A stretch of 64,000 bases of DNA from Puccinia triticina (taxonomy: Eukaryota), in assembly GCA_026914245.1 (NCBI GenBank), contig CP110439.1:744001-808000 (forward strand), read 5' to 3'. Numbering within the stretch: the first letter of the stretch is position 1; the number at the start of each line of letters is the position of its first letter. A program made the position numbers and the translations under genes. The notes beneath the pieces are model-generated. The model made no database searches. It was not told the origin of the DNA and saw only the letters and a list, made by a program, of their open reading frames with translations. Positions 50,394-64,000 of this stretch are shown one piece after another.

Positions 50394-52199
50394 TCAGGAA
50401 GCTGAGACGTCGTTGACTTCGACTCCCGAGTCGGACACCGAGCCCTTTGAGCCAGGACTGGCCAAGCGACAAGCCGCCTGGCCTTTCGCGTTCTTCCAGA
50501 ACACCACGTCGCCTTCATCTTCAACGAACTGCAATCGCGACGCACACTCCAGTTAAGACGAATGTACAAAGACTTCGATGAGCTAGACAAGGGGGATGGG
50601 AGAGAGGATACGTACTCGACATTGGTTGTAAACCTTCCACAAGCTCACCCAGGCGTTCTCGTCCGACTTGCGGTAATGGGCGCCCAGCTTGGCCTTGATA
50701 GCCTCAGTGGCATCCCAGGCGTGGTAGTGGGGGATTTTCGAGCAGATGTGGTGGGCTACATGGGTCTCGGCGATCCCGTGGAAGAAGAAGCCGTGGATGT
50801 TGCGGTCGATGGTGCAGAGAGCGCCTCGTTGGAAGTTAAACGCCCCCTCTCGGTAGTGTGGAAGCATAGGGTCGTTGTGTTGAAGGAAGGTGATCATGAC
50901 AAGCCAGTGCTAGATTGAGAGCAAACAAGGTGAGCTTGGCTTAGGTCGACATATTGGTCTGCATTTCCTCCATGGAGCTGCGACGGCTTACGTTGACGTT
51001 GAAGTAGGGTACGATGTAGTACTTGAAAACGGTCAGGAAGTCAGTCTTGTATCCCAGGATGGTGAGACCAGCGAGCGTGAGCCCGATACCCAAGTCGGAC
51101 TTCAAGATTTGGGAGCGGTGTCGGGCATCATAGATGATCGAGTTAGGATTGAAATCTGGATGTGGTCATTAGACTGTCAGAGAGTGAGCGCCCTGATGAT
51201 GACGATCTGTGATTGTGGCTTACGGTTGGTCCAGGATGGGTAGCGGGCTTGGCCGGAGGCATTGCTGAGGATGTACATGGGCCAGCCAAAGAGTTGTTGA
51301 AGGAATAGGTTGAACAAGTTCCACAAGGGAGCATCTTCCAAGAGATCGTCCATAGTTTCATAACTAGGTTAGATGATCGAAATTTCGTCAGAGAAAAGGG
51401 AAAAAAAAGAAGAAAAAACAGTTAGAAAAGCTTGGCAACCGCCCCAAAAGTTGAAAAAGAGGCAGATCATAAACTGAGACTGACAGTGAGGGTGGTAAAG
51501 TACCCTCTCGTTCGCGCTTGGATGCGTTTGAGGGCAGAGGTGGTGCGCCACGTTGGGAACGAGTCTTTGGCACGAACACCTGGTCTCGGCTCATATGACA
51601 GGTTGCGGCGTGGTGTTGGGCATGGCTGATCCTCCAGGAATGGTAGGGGACCAGGAGGAGGGAGTGAAAGATGAAGCCGACGGTGTTGTTGATGGTCTTT
51701 GAGCTCGAGAATGCCTGATGACCGCATTCATGGGCGAGGACCCAAACGCCTGGATGATGATGATCGGGTGTTAGTTAGAGTTTCATGGACAATATATAAG
51801 ATTTAGAGAGATAGACTGACCAGTCCATACCAATCCGCTGGCATAGCCGTAGAATGCCCAAGCGGCGATGCGGCCGAGGGTGACGAGGCTTGGATTGGAA
51901 GTGGTTAGCGAGTCGAAGAAGGGGTCGATGAACCGGGCCAGATAGATGAAGGATGAGGCCAGGAAGATGTCCCAGAGCAGATAGACGCCCGATCTGAGTG
52001 CCGATCGCTGGAAGCAGTGGGCGGGGATGGCAGAGAGCAGTTCTTTAATGGTGAATTGTGGAAGTTCGAAGATCGGGAGGGAGGACTGGTTATCCTCGTC
52101 ATCGGAGGCAGAAGATGCAGATGAGCCGGCCAGATGGATGACGGGTACTGGCTGGGTGCGATGGTGGAGGGTGGATGGGGGTTCTTGTGCTTCGGACAT
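50394..52199 (-). CDS. FAD2: Delta-12 (oleate) fatty acid desaturase, multi-exon
   Basis: FTIKELLSAIPAHCFQRS N-terminal motif; three His boxes (AHECGH, SHAQHH, HVAHH); ITFLQH; IPHYHAWDAT; last exon FVEDEGDVVFWKN ending in TGA at 50396-50394. Delta-12 vs bifunctional delta-12/15 cannot be resolved by eye. Confidence 0.9.
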
Positions 52200-54529
52200 G
52201 GCGGTATGTGCTCTGGGTAGCTAGTAGTAGGAGATGGAGTGGTGGGAGGGAGAGGGCGGATGGCGAGTGGCCGAAACAGATGGGTTTTTAAGTTTGCGAC
52301 TTGAATCGCGCAGCCTCGGCAGAGGCAGAGGCAGAGGCACGGGCAGCCGGAGAAGACCAGGTAGAACACAACCACAACCACAACCACACCAAAACAAAAC
52401 AAAGCAAAGCAAAGCAAAGCCACCCCCTGAACCACACTCGGACACCCACACCACTCATTCACATGCACCAGGAAGCAGCCGATCTGCCAGTCTGGGAAGT
52501 CGCAACCACCGGAAGAACATTGGCCAATCACCCAGGAGAAGAATCGGCCAACAACCCTTTCTTGTTCTACATCTCACTAATATGTAAAGAACTCCATCCA
52601 AACACTCGCTACCACTGCATCATACCCGAATCAATTGGCAGGCCAGAAAGCAGGTGGAGGCACGTTTGACCCGGCAAGGCAAGACTGCTTACGAGCAACA
52701 TACGTATTAGTTATTACACCGCCTTGAAACTGACGTGATTTATTGATCAGCTGTAGACGGCAATCGATATCACACATTCGAAACAATTCTGCTAGGTCGG
52801 TTGGGATGTATTGTATACGATGCGAGCATGCTTTGAAGCGACTGCCGTTTGGGTAGAGTCCAATAGATTCCCGTTTTAAAATTGCACCCTCCTCAGTCAT
52901 CATACATAGCCGTTTCCTATTTGTTTAAATTCATAATATGTAAGAATTAATGGTCTTGGAAAGCTTCGGATCAAGCAAATCGATCCTGAGGGCAAAGAGT
53001 CGACAGCCGAGAAAGACAAACCCAGCACGCAGATTCCCTGGGCAAGCCCGGGTGACGATATGTATTCAAGCAAGGAAAAGACAAAGGACTTGGAGGAATT
53101 TAAATCTGGCAAATATTTGTGAGCAAAGACTTGGATTACAATCGGCCGCTCGCTCCACAAACAATTCACAGCTTCCATCATTCCAACCGCCCCTCCCCAC
53201 TCCCAAGAAGAGCGGAGGACTTCGGTTACGTATCGCAACAAGTGCTTCATGCCAGTGCCAACGGTGCTGCATGCACTGAGAGAGACACCGAGCCAACGTC
53301 GCGACTCCCCCGTGAGTGCCAGGAATTGCCTTCGACACACATCTGCCGAAACTTTCTTATTGAGGTTTGCGGGCATCCACATTTTTTTTTCTTTGCTGGG
53401 AATGTTCGGGACTAGGAGGGCTCCTGATTGGCAGTTCCCGATAGGGTTTTCGAGATCCGTGGGCCCCTGTTGAGCTGGGTGGTGAAGAAACGATCATAAC
53501 CGGCCGGCGCAGCCTCGGCAGGCGAGCGAGAGCTTCCTGCCGGTCAGCCTGGTGTTGCGTTACACTCCGACCAGGATAAATCTCTCTTGGCCGACAAGGT
53601 TATACATATGCAGGGCCAGCTTGGTGATCAATGCGCAAAAGAGAGAGTAGAAAGAAAAAGAGAAACAACGAAGGATTACCAGATAAATATTCAAAGAAAG
53701 AGATGGAGGAGGCGCGGCTGGCTGCACTGTCGAGGGAAAACAAACGGCCCTTGGACAAGGGGGAAAAGCTCCCGGGGAGAGCCGCGAAGGGGCAGCCCGG
53801 CATGGTCTCTGGCACTGTCGCACTTGTGCGAAGTTCGCTTGGAGAACTTCCACAGAGGGTCGGAGACCAGGCGGGAGTGCTCCCGGTCAGCAAGGGACTT
53901 GCATTCATACGATTCCTTGGCGCCTGACTGGCCCAAGACTGTGAAGAGACTGAGAGCTAACTCAATGCCCTTCATTAGTTGCGAGACAACAGTTGCAAGA
54001 CGATGTGTTGCGATTCATCAGTTGTTATCTTGACCTCACAGCTAGACTACCTCATTAAATCTGGGTCTTTGTTCGCCGATCGGTGTGATGGGTCGTTGGT
54101 CCCGTCTTCCCTACCGATGGCTGTCTCTATTGAAGTCGAGTCGGCAGCTTGTGAGATGTTAATTTGTTGCCTTAAAGCGTGTCGGGATGGGTTCCTAATG
54201 ACACCATACATTTTAGCTGATGTCTTGGGCCACCGAGAGTCGAGATCAATGACCTTTCGACGAGAGGATGCAGTATATTCATTAGACGACCAAGAAAAGA
54301 TGGCGTCGGCTGTTTACTTCTCAAAGCAAGCAGTAGCTATCAGCGCTGTGCCCTAAGCAAGTTGTATTTACTTGACAACTCCCAAAATCCGCAGGCATAA
54401 AAAGGGGAGGATCCTGCAGCCATTGATGATTCCTCACCCTCCATCCTCATCTTCAAGTCGCATAATAAATCATTTTTATAAATTTTCAAACCAATTTCCA
54501 AAATAAAACATTACCACCAAGTTCCCAAG

Positions 54530-55092
54530 ATGCAAAGCTTCAGTTTATTCGTCTTATTCGCAGTGTTGTTGATCAACACTCAAGTCACTTATGCGGCAAC
54601 AAAGACTCCTCAACTTCAACCAAAATCAGTTTCGTGTCCCGCTGCTAATGGTCCTACAGACCGAAAAGATGCTTATTGTGTCAGAGCATTTACCGCTCAA
54701 GAAGCCGCTGACCCTGCGAATAAAGGCAAAACCATGTTTAGTAAGTTTTATCGGGTTTTTGAATCGATCACTTGAGTTATCTAGTTATCATCGAGCTAAT
54801 CTCCGGTGTATCTAAACAACAATGATTCTTGTGCCACAATCGTGCAGAGCGCTTTGTCGAACAAGTTGACGGCAAATTTACCTGCCAGGATGTGGATTTA
54901 AAGAAGGCACCTGCCGACGCTGGCTATTGTTGCAACGCTCCGGGTAAAGTTAATGAGGTGAGTTTCGAATCTGCAATCTTCAAACAACACATAATAAACA
55001 ATGTGATCTAACACCCCTCCCGATGGCAGGTTTCACCAAGCCCCCAAAAAATGTGGGATTCATGCACCCAAGTGCAATTCCTCAAGAAATAA
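54530..55092 (+). CDS. Small secreted Cys-rich protein (127 aa, 6 Cys), candidate effector, copy A
   Basis: Exons 54530-54740, 54848-54957, 55030-55092 (GT-AG, in phase); hydrophobic signal peptide MQSFSLFVLFAVLLINTQVTYA; FTC (Y/F/WxC-type) and YCC motifs. Confidence 0.88.
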
Positions 55093-56191
55093 GCTTCCCC
55101 CGGCCTTTGTCTTCAAAGTGGACCGTTCTCAATGGCTGGACCTATCACATGCAAATTCCATGCTCATTCTAGACTTATTAAATTCTAAAATTGTAGTAGA
55201 AAGTGATTTTTGACAGTGTAATTGTTGAGTCAATCAGTTCAAATAGACTAGAAGAGGCCAAGTCAGCTTTCCCGCTGCAAATTACATGACAAAACTCCCT
55301 CCCCCCTCACTTGAACATGTCTAAAAGATGATGTCTGTTGCTGCAAGCACTGGAGATCACACGAGTGGTAGATGAGAGAGAGAGGCTGGTGAGATGGGCA
55401 AGAACAAATTTTAGGCATATGATCTATCAACATAAAACAATCATTCAGGGGGTAAAGAGAACAGGCAAGAAAGCAATCTGTGAACCTGGGTGTGTCATGT
55501 GATGGTAGGTCACAAGAAGTTTGATATGATTCTGGATATATTTCAATATATCGAAATATCAATAGAACAAGAGAAGGACAAGAGAAGAAAGAAATGATGG
55601 TGTGAGTTTGATTTATAATTGTGGGAACTTACATCCACTGTCTATGCTACAACCTTGAAGTGTTGGATGCCAAGCTTCACCAGATTCAACAAGCTCTTCA
55701 CACAAAGAAAAATTGGCAAGAATACAAATTAGACAAGTCTAATCAGCCCAGTTTTTTAGACTATGTTGATGATACTAGATAGTCAAGGTTCTTCAGTATA
55801 GATGGTCAAAATGAACCCGTTGCGGGTGATATTTGCTGGCGGGTACCCACCAGTGAGTGGGGGGTACAAGATTTTGCTAAAAGCCAAGAGTGTGCCTGGG
55901 ACACGGGTATACTATCAGGTATCCACCCAATTGTATGGGAAGGAATCTCACAGGAGTGTGCTTTGCAGTGCAAAACTGTGTTTTTCAGTGTTGGTGGTGA
56001 AGTTTGTTTTGCATCTCAGAAGTGTGTTTTCAACTGCAGAAGTGTGTGTTTCAGTGCCAGTGCAGAAGTGAAATTTGCAGCGCAGGGGTGCATTTTGCAG
56101 TGCAAAAGTGTGTGTTTCCTGCAACCACACTTCTGAAACTGTCCTGCAAAAAGCACTTCTGCACTTCAAAACACACTCCTGTGGTTCAAAT

Positions 56192-56607
56192 CACCTGTGT
56201 CAATGCAATCCATTGGTTTTAAACCAAAGATAAATCTGCTGTTATCTTTGGTTTGGATCCAATGGGACAATGGAGCTGGGCAGAGCTGTGTGGAGTGAGG
56301 GTAAAATAAGCTCCCCACACACTTTTTACCAGTATTTCTCATTGCCTTTTTTGTAAAGAAAAAGAACCTGTCTAACCCCTCACCCCCAATTTGCAGATGG
56401 GGATAGGGGCAATTGAACTGGCAACCTGCCTGTCATCACTTTGCAGCGACTAAGACACATTTTTTGCAAGGGGCTGTTTGGGAGTAAATATAACCCAGGC
56501 CAGCTCCGCTCAGCTCTATCCAGCTCCACCATCCCATTGGTTCCAAACCCAAGATAATGGCAGATTTATCTTTGGTTTAAAACCAATGGATTCAATTGAC
56601 ACAGGTG
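56192..56607. mobile_element. Non-autonomous CAC...GTG element (CMC-like MITE) in the palindrome spacer
   Basis: About 100-bp imperfect TIRs starting CACCTGTGTCAAT..AATCCATTGGTTTTAAACCAAAGATAAATCTGC, with AT on both flanks as a possible 2-bp TSD. Confidence 0.7.
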
Positions 56608-57422
56608 ATGTGAGCTGCAGATATGTGTTTGGCAATGCAGAAGTGCTTTTAGCAGTACAGAAGTGTTGTATGCAGGAAACAAGCACTTCTGCACTGCAGA
56701 ATGCACTTCTTCCCTTGGGAAAAAATGGGCTGATTAGACTTGTCTAATTGAGGTTCCTGATTAGACTTCTCCAATTTGTGTTCTTCCCAATTTCTCTTTG
56801 TGTGAAGAGCTTGTTGAATCTGGTGAAGCTTGGCATCCAACACTTCAAGGCTGCAGCATAGACAGTGGATGTAAGTTCCCACAATTATAAATCAAACTCA
56901 CACCATCATTTCTTTCTTCTCTTGTCCTTCTCTTAATCTATTGATATTTCAATATATTGAAATATATCCAGAATCATATCAAACTTCTTGTGACCTACCA
57001 TCACATGACACACCCAGGTTCACAGATTGTTTTCTTGCCTGTTCTCTTTACTCCCTGAATGATTGTTTTATGTTGATAGATCATATGCCTAAAATTTGTT
57101 CTTGCCCATCTCACCAGCCTCTCTCTCTCATCTACCACTCGTGTGATCTCCAGTGCTTGCAGTAAAGGTTGAAAGAACAGACATCATCTTTCAGACATGT
57201 TCAAGTGAGGGGGGAGGGATTTTTGTCATGTAATTTGCAGCGGGAAAGCTAACTTGGCCTCTTCTAGTCTATTTGAACTGATTGACTCAACAATTACACT
57301 GTCAAAAATCACTTTCTACTACAATTTTAGAATTTAATAAGTCTAGAATGAGCATGGAATTTGCATGTGATAGGTCCAGCCATTGAGAACGGTCCACTTT
57401 GAAGACAAAGGCCGGGGGAAGC

Positions 57423-57985
57423 TTATTTCTTGAGGAATTGCACTTGGGTGCATGAATCCCACATTTTTTGGGGGCTTGGTGAAACCTGCCATCGGGAGGG
57501 GTGTTAGATCACATTGTTTATTATGTGTTGTTTGAAGATTGCAGATTCGAAACTCACCTCATTAACTTTACCCGGAGCGTTGCAACAATAGCCAGCGTCG
57601 GCAGGTGCCTTCTTTAAATCCACATCCTGGCAGGTAAATTTGCCGTCAACTTGTTCGACAAAGCGCTCTGCACGATTGTGGCACAAGAATCATTGTTGTT
57701 TAGATACACCGGAGATTAGCTCGATGATAACTAGATAACTCAAGTGATCGATTCAAAAACCCGATAAAACTTACTAAACATGGTTTTGCCTTTATTCGCA
57801 GGGTCAGCGGCTTCTTGAGCGGTAAATGCTCTGACACAATAAGCATCTTTTCGGTCTGTAGGACCATTAGCAGCGGGACACGAAACTGATTTTGGTTGAA
57901 GTTGAGGAGTCTTTGTTGCCGCATAAGTGACTTGAGTGTTGATCAACAACACTGCGAATAAGACGAATAAACTGAAGCTTTGCAT
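57423..57985 (-). CDS. Small secreted Cys-rich protein, candidate effector, copy B (mirror of copy A)
   Basis: Reverse-complement copy with the same exons; ORF-track translations are identical to copy A; stop at 57425-57423. Confidence 0.88.
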
Positions 57986-60900
57986 CTTGGGAACTTGGTG
58001 GTAATGTTTTATTTTGGAAATTGGTTTGAAAATTTATAAAAATGATTTATTATGCGACTTGAAGATGAGGATGGAGGGTGAGGAATCATCAATGGCTGCA
58101 GGATCCTCCCCTTTTTATGCCTGCGGATTTTGGGAGTTGTCAAGTAAATACAACTTGCTTAGGGCACAGCGCTGATAGCTACTGCTTGCTTTGAGAAGTA
58201 AACAGCCGACGCCATCTTTTCTTGGTCGTCTAATGAATATACTGCATCCTCTCGTCGAAAGGTCATTGATCTCGACTCTCGGTGGCCCAAGACATCAGCT
58301 AAAATGTATGGTGTCATTAGGAACCCATCCCGACACGCTTTAAGGCAACAAATTAACATCTCACAAGCTGCCGACTCGACTTCAATAGAGACAGCCATCG
58401 GTAGGGAAGACGGGACCAACGACCCATCACACCGATCGGCGAACAAAGACCCAGATTTAATGAGGTAGTCTAGCTGTGAGGTCAAGATAACAACTGATGA
58501 ATCGCAACACATTGTCTTGCAATGAAGGGCATTGATTTAGCTCTCAGTCTCTTCACAGTCATGGGTCAGGCGCAAAGGAATTGTATGGGGAGGCCTAGTG
58601 GTCTCCGACCCTCAAGTTCTCCGAGCGAACTTCACACAAGTCCCTCGCCTGCCGGGGGCGCAACAGAGTCAGAGACCCAGAGACCATGTCAGGCTGCCTC
58701 TTCGCGGCTCTTACTGGGAGGCTTTGTTAAGCTCGTTCTCCAAGGGCCGTTTGCATGGGGTGGGCCACAGGCGGGAGTCCGGGACAGGCGTGTGTGCTGT
58801 GACAGCAGCGTGTAATGCGCGAAAAGACAGTGAAAGGGGTGCAATAGGCATGTATTGGTAATTGTAGCTATTTATGCATTCATGGATGCGTAGAAAAGAA
58901 AGACAACGGGCCAGCAGGGTCTATTGATACCCTGCGGTATGATGAGAGAACAACCATAAGGAAATGCTCCCTCGGGGAGAGACCTGAGGGGCTCGAGGGA
59001 AGACAACCGGCGAGGTATCTTATAATGAACAACAGTGGAAACGGGCCATTGGCCCAAACGTGGAAGAAAGGAAAAGGGGGCAAGGGGACATCCTCGTCGT
59101 CTTGATCGTACATCTGGTCGTGTGGATACCCAAGCCCGTCGCGACGAGGGTATAGCTGGAGTCGTCGGAGCCCGCCGGGTGTCACGGGCACGGCTACATC
59201 CATCGACACCGAGAAGACTCATTCGACTTCATGTTGCTATGATGAGATTTACCCATCTTCCTTACTGTTTACATATTCCTTTACCCTCATCCAGAAATCC
59301 GCACTCAGCCTCCAATTCAACGGCTCAATCGCCCTTGCTTTCGCCGTTGTGACGATTCAATCACCTTATCGAAATTCCGATTACCTTTTGTTCCATTCAC
59401 CTCGATCAAGTAAAGTTTCTCACAATTTAATTCTAGCCATGGAACTTCTGTTGAGAGATCTTATCTGATAGGATCCGGACTTGTCTCTCCTCAGCACTGT
59501 TTCGTCGTTACTCCTGATTCTCGACTGCTGGCGGTCCGATTTTGAATCCCCCGACGCCAGGTGCGAAAGGTGTGTTCCATGAGTATGTTTACTTTCCTCT
59601 CATCGCCAGGCCGATGGACCTCAAATGCACTCATTCTTGTGGCTGAGATGGATTCTCTCCTAGTCATATAGGTTCATCCAGTCCAATTAGTCACAGGTTG
59701 TTCTCCTTTCCCATCGTAAGTAACGATAACATTCGATCGGTGCTTTCTTGCCACATTCTTATGGAAATACATTTCCTTTAGAATAGCGCAGGTAGTTTAT
59801 TGTCAAGTTGTGCTAGAATGTTCACGATTGCTTAATGAAATATAATCTCCCTTCACTCAGTTCGTCTCTGCTCTGCTTGAAACCACTTCAACGCGTGAGC
59901 CTTCCTTCTCTTTTTAAGCTGATTTTTTTCTGTTCTCTTGGCTGATACACATTATCTTTGAAAACTCTCAAATTTAAATCTGCGTCTTGAAGTGCATCCT
60001 TTTGTTTCCTGTTCGATACTGCTTGGCCCATTTTGATTCGGAGGGTATTTTCCTAGGTGATCACTTTTTTCCTGAATCCGAGAGTAGGCACTCTTAGTCT
60101 CAACAAAACCCGGCCTTTGGTTTGCCGACATGGGCAACTTGATCTGGAGTGATTGGGGGCGGCTAGTCGCCCTCACCGCTGGATATTGTGAGCGTTCAAC
60201 CATCTCCACCAACTCATTTCGTCATCCCAAAGATAGTCTCAGTTTCTCAACAAGAATAAATTTGCGACAGGGAACCTATGGGGAGCACTATGGGGTATAT
60301 TTTACCGCAAGTACCTCTGGGACTTTGTAGGCGGTAAACTAGGTCCAGTTGGGATCATGTCAGTATTATCCTTCGTTTCTTTTAATTTAAACCGTAAAAA
60401 CTTCGAATGAAAGTGAGGCTGATTATGACAAAGTCTCATATATATCCTCCCGGCTGGTAAACCTTTCAAGTCCACCCGGGTTTGCCGCGCCATTCATCCA
60501 ATTAATTGTAAAGCTTCCAGTAATCCAAGGGGCTTGTGCAGTACGTGTCAGATACCAATATTCTCATCTTAAATCTTCATGCTAACAAATCATTTCTTGC
60601 ACTTCATGATAGATCTGTGGCTTACTTACTGTGCTGTTCGAGTGGCCTGTGTTCCCTGGAACATTTCTTTACCGGAGTCTGGCCTTTAAAGTCGTATTCT
60701 ACTCCCTTTCTGGGGTCCTTGCCGGTATTTCTGACTTCATGTCTTCGTATTTGTGAACCAGTTGAGGCCCCCCAAGCAATCTAACTAAGCGGATCTTTTT
60801 TCCTTTGCAGGCATTTGTTATCAGACTGCAGATGCGTCAGTGATCTATGCGATAGCGATTCTAGCATATGTTGTCGCACTAGGGAAGGACGAAATCGTTG

Positions 60901-62069
60901 GAGAGAAACCAGCCGATAATTCAAGGGTTTGAGATCGTTGCATCAATTTGTCGGCCACTCATGACGATAAAACCACATAATTAATTATAATTCAACCATA
61001 ATCTTGGGGCAATCTAGTATCGCCGTCAGGTAGTACTAGAAATAACCTGAACACCCGCTAGTTGTATTCCTGTAGCAACCGACTGAAGATTAGAAAAATG
61101 GATATCACTCCGGGATGCCCATTGAATGCGATTGATTGGCTTCTTTTAAATGCAGCTTCCTTTGGTTGAGTACGAAATCACCGGGATTTTTTAGTCGTTA
61201 GCGTCGTTCTTATTTCAATGTACATACCAGAAATTTCATCAACCTGTTAATATAAGCATTCTGGCCAAAAACAATCCAACCCGTTCCAAAAGTTTAAAAA
61301 CACTTTGTTGATACAAACATTTTTCAACCGTTTTTCATTTGTTCTTGCAACCCCATTCGCAACTTTTTCCCAATCCGACAACCCAAAAGTGGATCAAAGG
61401 ATGTGGGGATACCTCGGCTAGCTCTTTGTTTTAGGGTGCATCTATTTGCCATCTTGATAGCACCCTTGGCATGTTGAACCATCAAGGCTTATCAGGGCTG
61501 CTTAATCTTCGTGAAAATGCTACCCTATGTCCCGCGTTCGCCGAAGTACACCACTTTACTACTTCAGTGGCGATGAGTTCAGTCGTCGCACATGATGTAC
61601 CAGCCCTTCAGTCTGTTGCAGCAGGGCTGCGAAACCGGCCGGAAATAGCATTTGCGTGGATTAGTTTGAGCTATTTCGAGCAGTCCGTCCGATCATTTTG
61701 TAAGATTGGTGTTTTTTGCGTTGATAAAGTGCATTAGGTGCATGTTGTTACTTGTCTTGAAATTTGTCCATCTTGAACACACCTTGCAGTAACGCTGGCC
61801 CGCAGGTGTAGATGCACCTATTTCTGGCTCAATCAGTTGTCGGAGTGTATCAGTGATTTGTATTTTAGATATACAGTCTAGCTGCGTCCAAATTTTTGCA
61901 TTTCCTGTGACATCCTGTGATGGCCTGCAGGATTAATTTGAATAAGGTTTGCAAGGCACTTGTAGCTATTTGAAGGCTTTATAAATTGTCAGCTCTAGGC
62001 ATATTTTATTTCTCGAATTCCGCCCTCTAGCTATCAAAACCTTCTACTTTCTTCCCATCAACTGATAAA

Positions 62070-64000
62070 ATGTTTATCAAAATCTTAATCATTATAAGCG
62101 CATGGTCTACCTCATCAACATTTGGTATGCCTATTGATGAGACAGTTGAAATTCATGCCACAAGCAGTGCTGGTGAACACCTATGGGGTAAATTCTCCTG
62201 ATCTGATTCCATAAAATCATCATATGTTGATGACTAATTTTTATCTCAACCCTGAACTCAAATTAAACAGCCCTTCCAGTATCACCAACAGATAGAGAGA
62301 TGGAAGAGCTTTCAACAAAAGCTTCCTTTTGTGGTACCTTTGGAAAAGATGCATTTCTGGTCAATACTAAAGAAGATGTTGAAGATAGGAAATTTTTGTT
62401 TAAATATATCTATCAAGGATCCCCCTCATCTGCCCCTTTGACCATTGAACAATGTTGGTAAATCATTCAATCTAGAAAGATTTTGAACTGCTCTATTTCA
62501 ATATCATGAGGCTAACTCTAGCTATCTTTGCAGATAAAAAGATGATTGAGGATAAGGAGAAACACGGTGAGTTTAGCTTTGATTATCTTGTTTTTTTTTG
62601 TATAAATTTGCATGCAGTTGCTTCACATATGGTGTTGGGGGGTGAGGATTTTTTTGCTTTTGAAACACAAAGAGAATTTTTAGACTCTTTCAAGGAATGA
62701 GTATTGTCATGCTGCTACTGTCAATTTTTGGAAGACTGCTCAAATGTACTGGAACAGCCCGGGCGACTAGTTTAGTGAAGAAGAGTTCTTGGCACCAGTT
62801 TACTGAAATGCATTTGGGGGAACTCCTCCTTGTTGAATTGGTATACCCAGAGCCAAGTTTTCTGGGACACAATCTTTGTTGATTTACTTGTAAAATCAGG
62901 AAGTTGCCAGGGTCCCTCCCTTGGCAAAAGGTTGACTAAAGGTGCCAGTTGGTCCAGTATTTTCCAAAGAATTAAATAAATGAACCCTCTTTGTGTTTTA
63001 AAAATTAAAACCCGCCCCCATGAAGCACACAATCATGAGATCACAGGCAGACCCTGCAGCCTGCATGAAGAGTACAGAACCACTAAAAATAAGCTGCTAA
63101 CAGGTGAATATTCTTGTTTTTTTATGTACATACAGAGAAAATGAGCTCTCTTTATCAAGATTCACGGGATGTTGAAGCAATGTTTGAAGACGTTAGGAAA
63201 TATCTTACACTCAGTCAAAAAGAAAATTTGGTTGACAAGGAGACAATTGAAAGGTATTTGAAGGCATTCAAAATTTCTGAAGAATTTAAAAATAGGATTT
63301 CACTCTTCAAGCAAGTCAGGTTTTGGGCAATAGTACATTCTGAGTTAAATGGATCACAAAAAACACAATCAAGAAATAACTCAGATATTCTTCAAATAAT
63401 ATTAAAGAATTCACAGAATGGTCAGATTTCACAATGGTTTCAAGAAATTATACCCACTCAACTACTGCCACTAATTCCAGAAAGGATATGGAAGGATCAT
63501 GCAAGCAAACTTGTCAAGGATATATTAAAACACATTGGGGATTATAAATCAGAACATGAATTTGATTTTCTCCAATCTGGTTCAATCATACATGTATACT
63601 GCTTTCCTCATCTGTTTAAGACCATTGATTTCTTGTACAAGAATGAATTCATTGATTCACAGTCCATAAAGAGGTTATTTCAAAATAGGGACATGTTTAA
63701 ACTAGCAAAAATATGCACACATCACTATTTTCAGAGTGGAAGTGAATGGTATAGCAATGATAGTTTGGCAGGAATAAATGAACACTGGGTCTGGCCATTT
63801 GGGTTCAAGTTTTATGAGGGTAAGCTATTTGATCTAGATTGACATGTGGATTTCAGATTTTGGGCAGAATCTTAACAAATCCTTTGGCAAAAAAATAATA
63901 CAGCCCTCAATAAAGAAGATCAAGTGAAGCTGAATCTCAAGTACTTGATATCAAATATAAAGGCATCAGGAAAAGCAGAATTCATATTGCATACAACTGA
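62070..64000 (+). CDS. Putative large secreted protein of an AT-rich lineage-specific type, 5' part only; may be disrupted
   Basis: TATAAA at ~61980, ATG 62070 with signal-like MFIKILIIISAWSTSSTFG, GT-AG exons at 62070-62187 and 62271-~62457, and a long open exon ~63135-63820. The middle junctions are unresolved. Confidence 0.5.

Larger units (their letters stand above)
53993..58522. repeat. Large inverted duplication: ~1.76 kb arms (53993-~55757, ~56720-58522) around a ~1 kb spacer
   Basis: Arms mirror base for base (coordinates sum to 112515 over the outer ~1.3 kb) and mirrored ORFs translate identically. Weaker inverted similarity continues outward to ~53740 / ~58755. Confidence 0.95.

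Noticed and set aside
48248..52199. Functional cluster of MHF1 and the desaturase (or with TYR1)
   Set aside because: Unrelated pathways; simple adjacency with no biosynthetic core gene.
53979..54356. ORF conserved in both palindrome arms
   Set aside because: Identity is explained by the duplication; non-ATG start, no motifs, and it lies in the effector upstream region.
58870..60945. Possible decayed minus-strand gene
   Set aside because: Coding-like patches are broken by many stops and have no recognisable domain.
62580..63110. Possible TE relic in an intron of the last gene
   Set aside because: No termini, TSD or recognisable peptide motif could be established.

Overview
Intron-rich eukaryotic DNA. 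The gene and transposon families point to a rust fungus (Pucciniales, Puccinia-like); this is inferred, not proven. Conserved genes are TYR1 (prephenate dehydrogenase), CENP-S/MHF1 and a delta-12 fatty acid desaturase. Lineage-type genes are a Cys-rich multi-exon membrane/secreted protein, a five-member family of two-exon DUF7918-like genes with C-terminal NLS, SUMO-site and SIM-like tails, and two identical copies of a 127-aa Cys-rich candidate effector inside a ~4.5 kb palindrome. Much of 13.5-47 kb is DNA transposons whose ends can be read from the sequence. These include an apparently intact Mutator-like element whose ~1209-aa protein joins a GCM-like Zn domain, a DDE core and a USP-like protease-type C-terminal domain, plus an 8.8 kb three-gene CACTA/EnSpm-like element, a defective hAT, and a nest of MITEs with three insertions within ~15 bp. 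No rRNA, tRNA or CRISPR array is supported. Family names come from recalled motifs; no searches were run.
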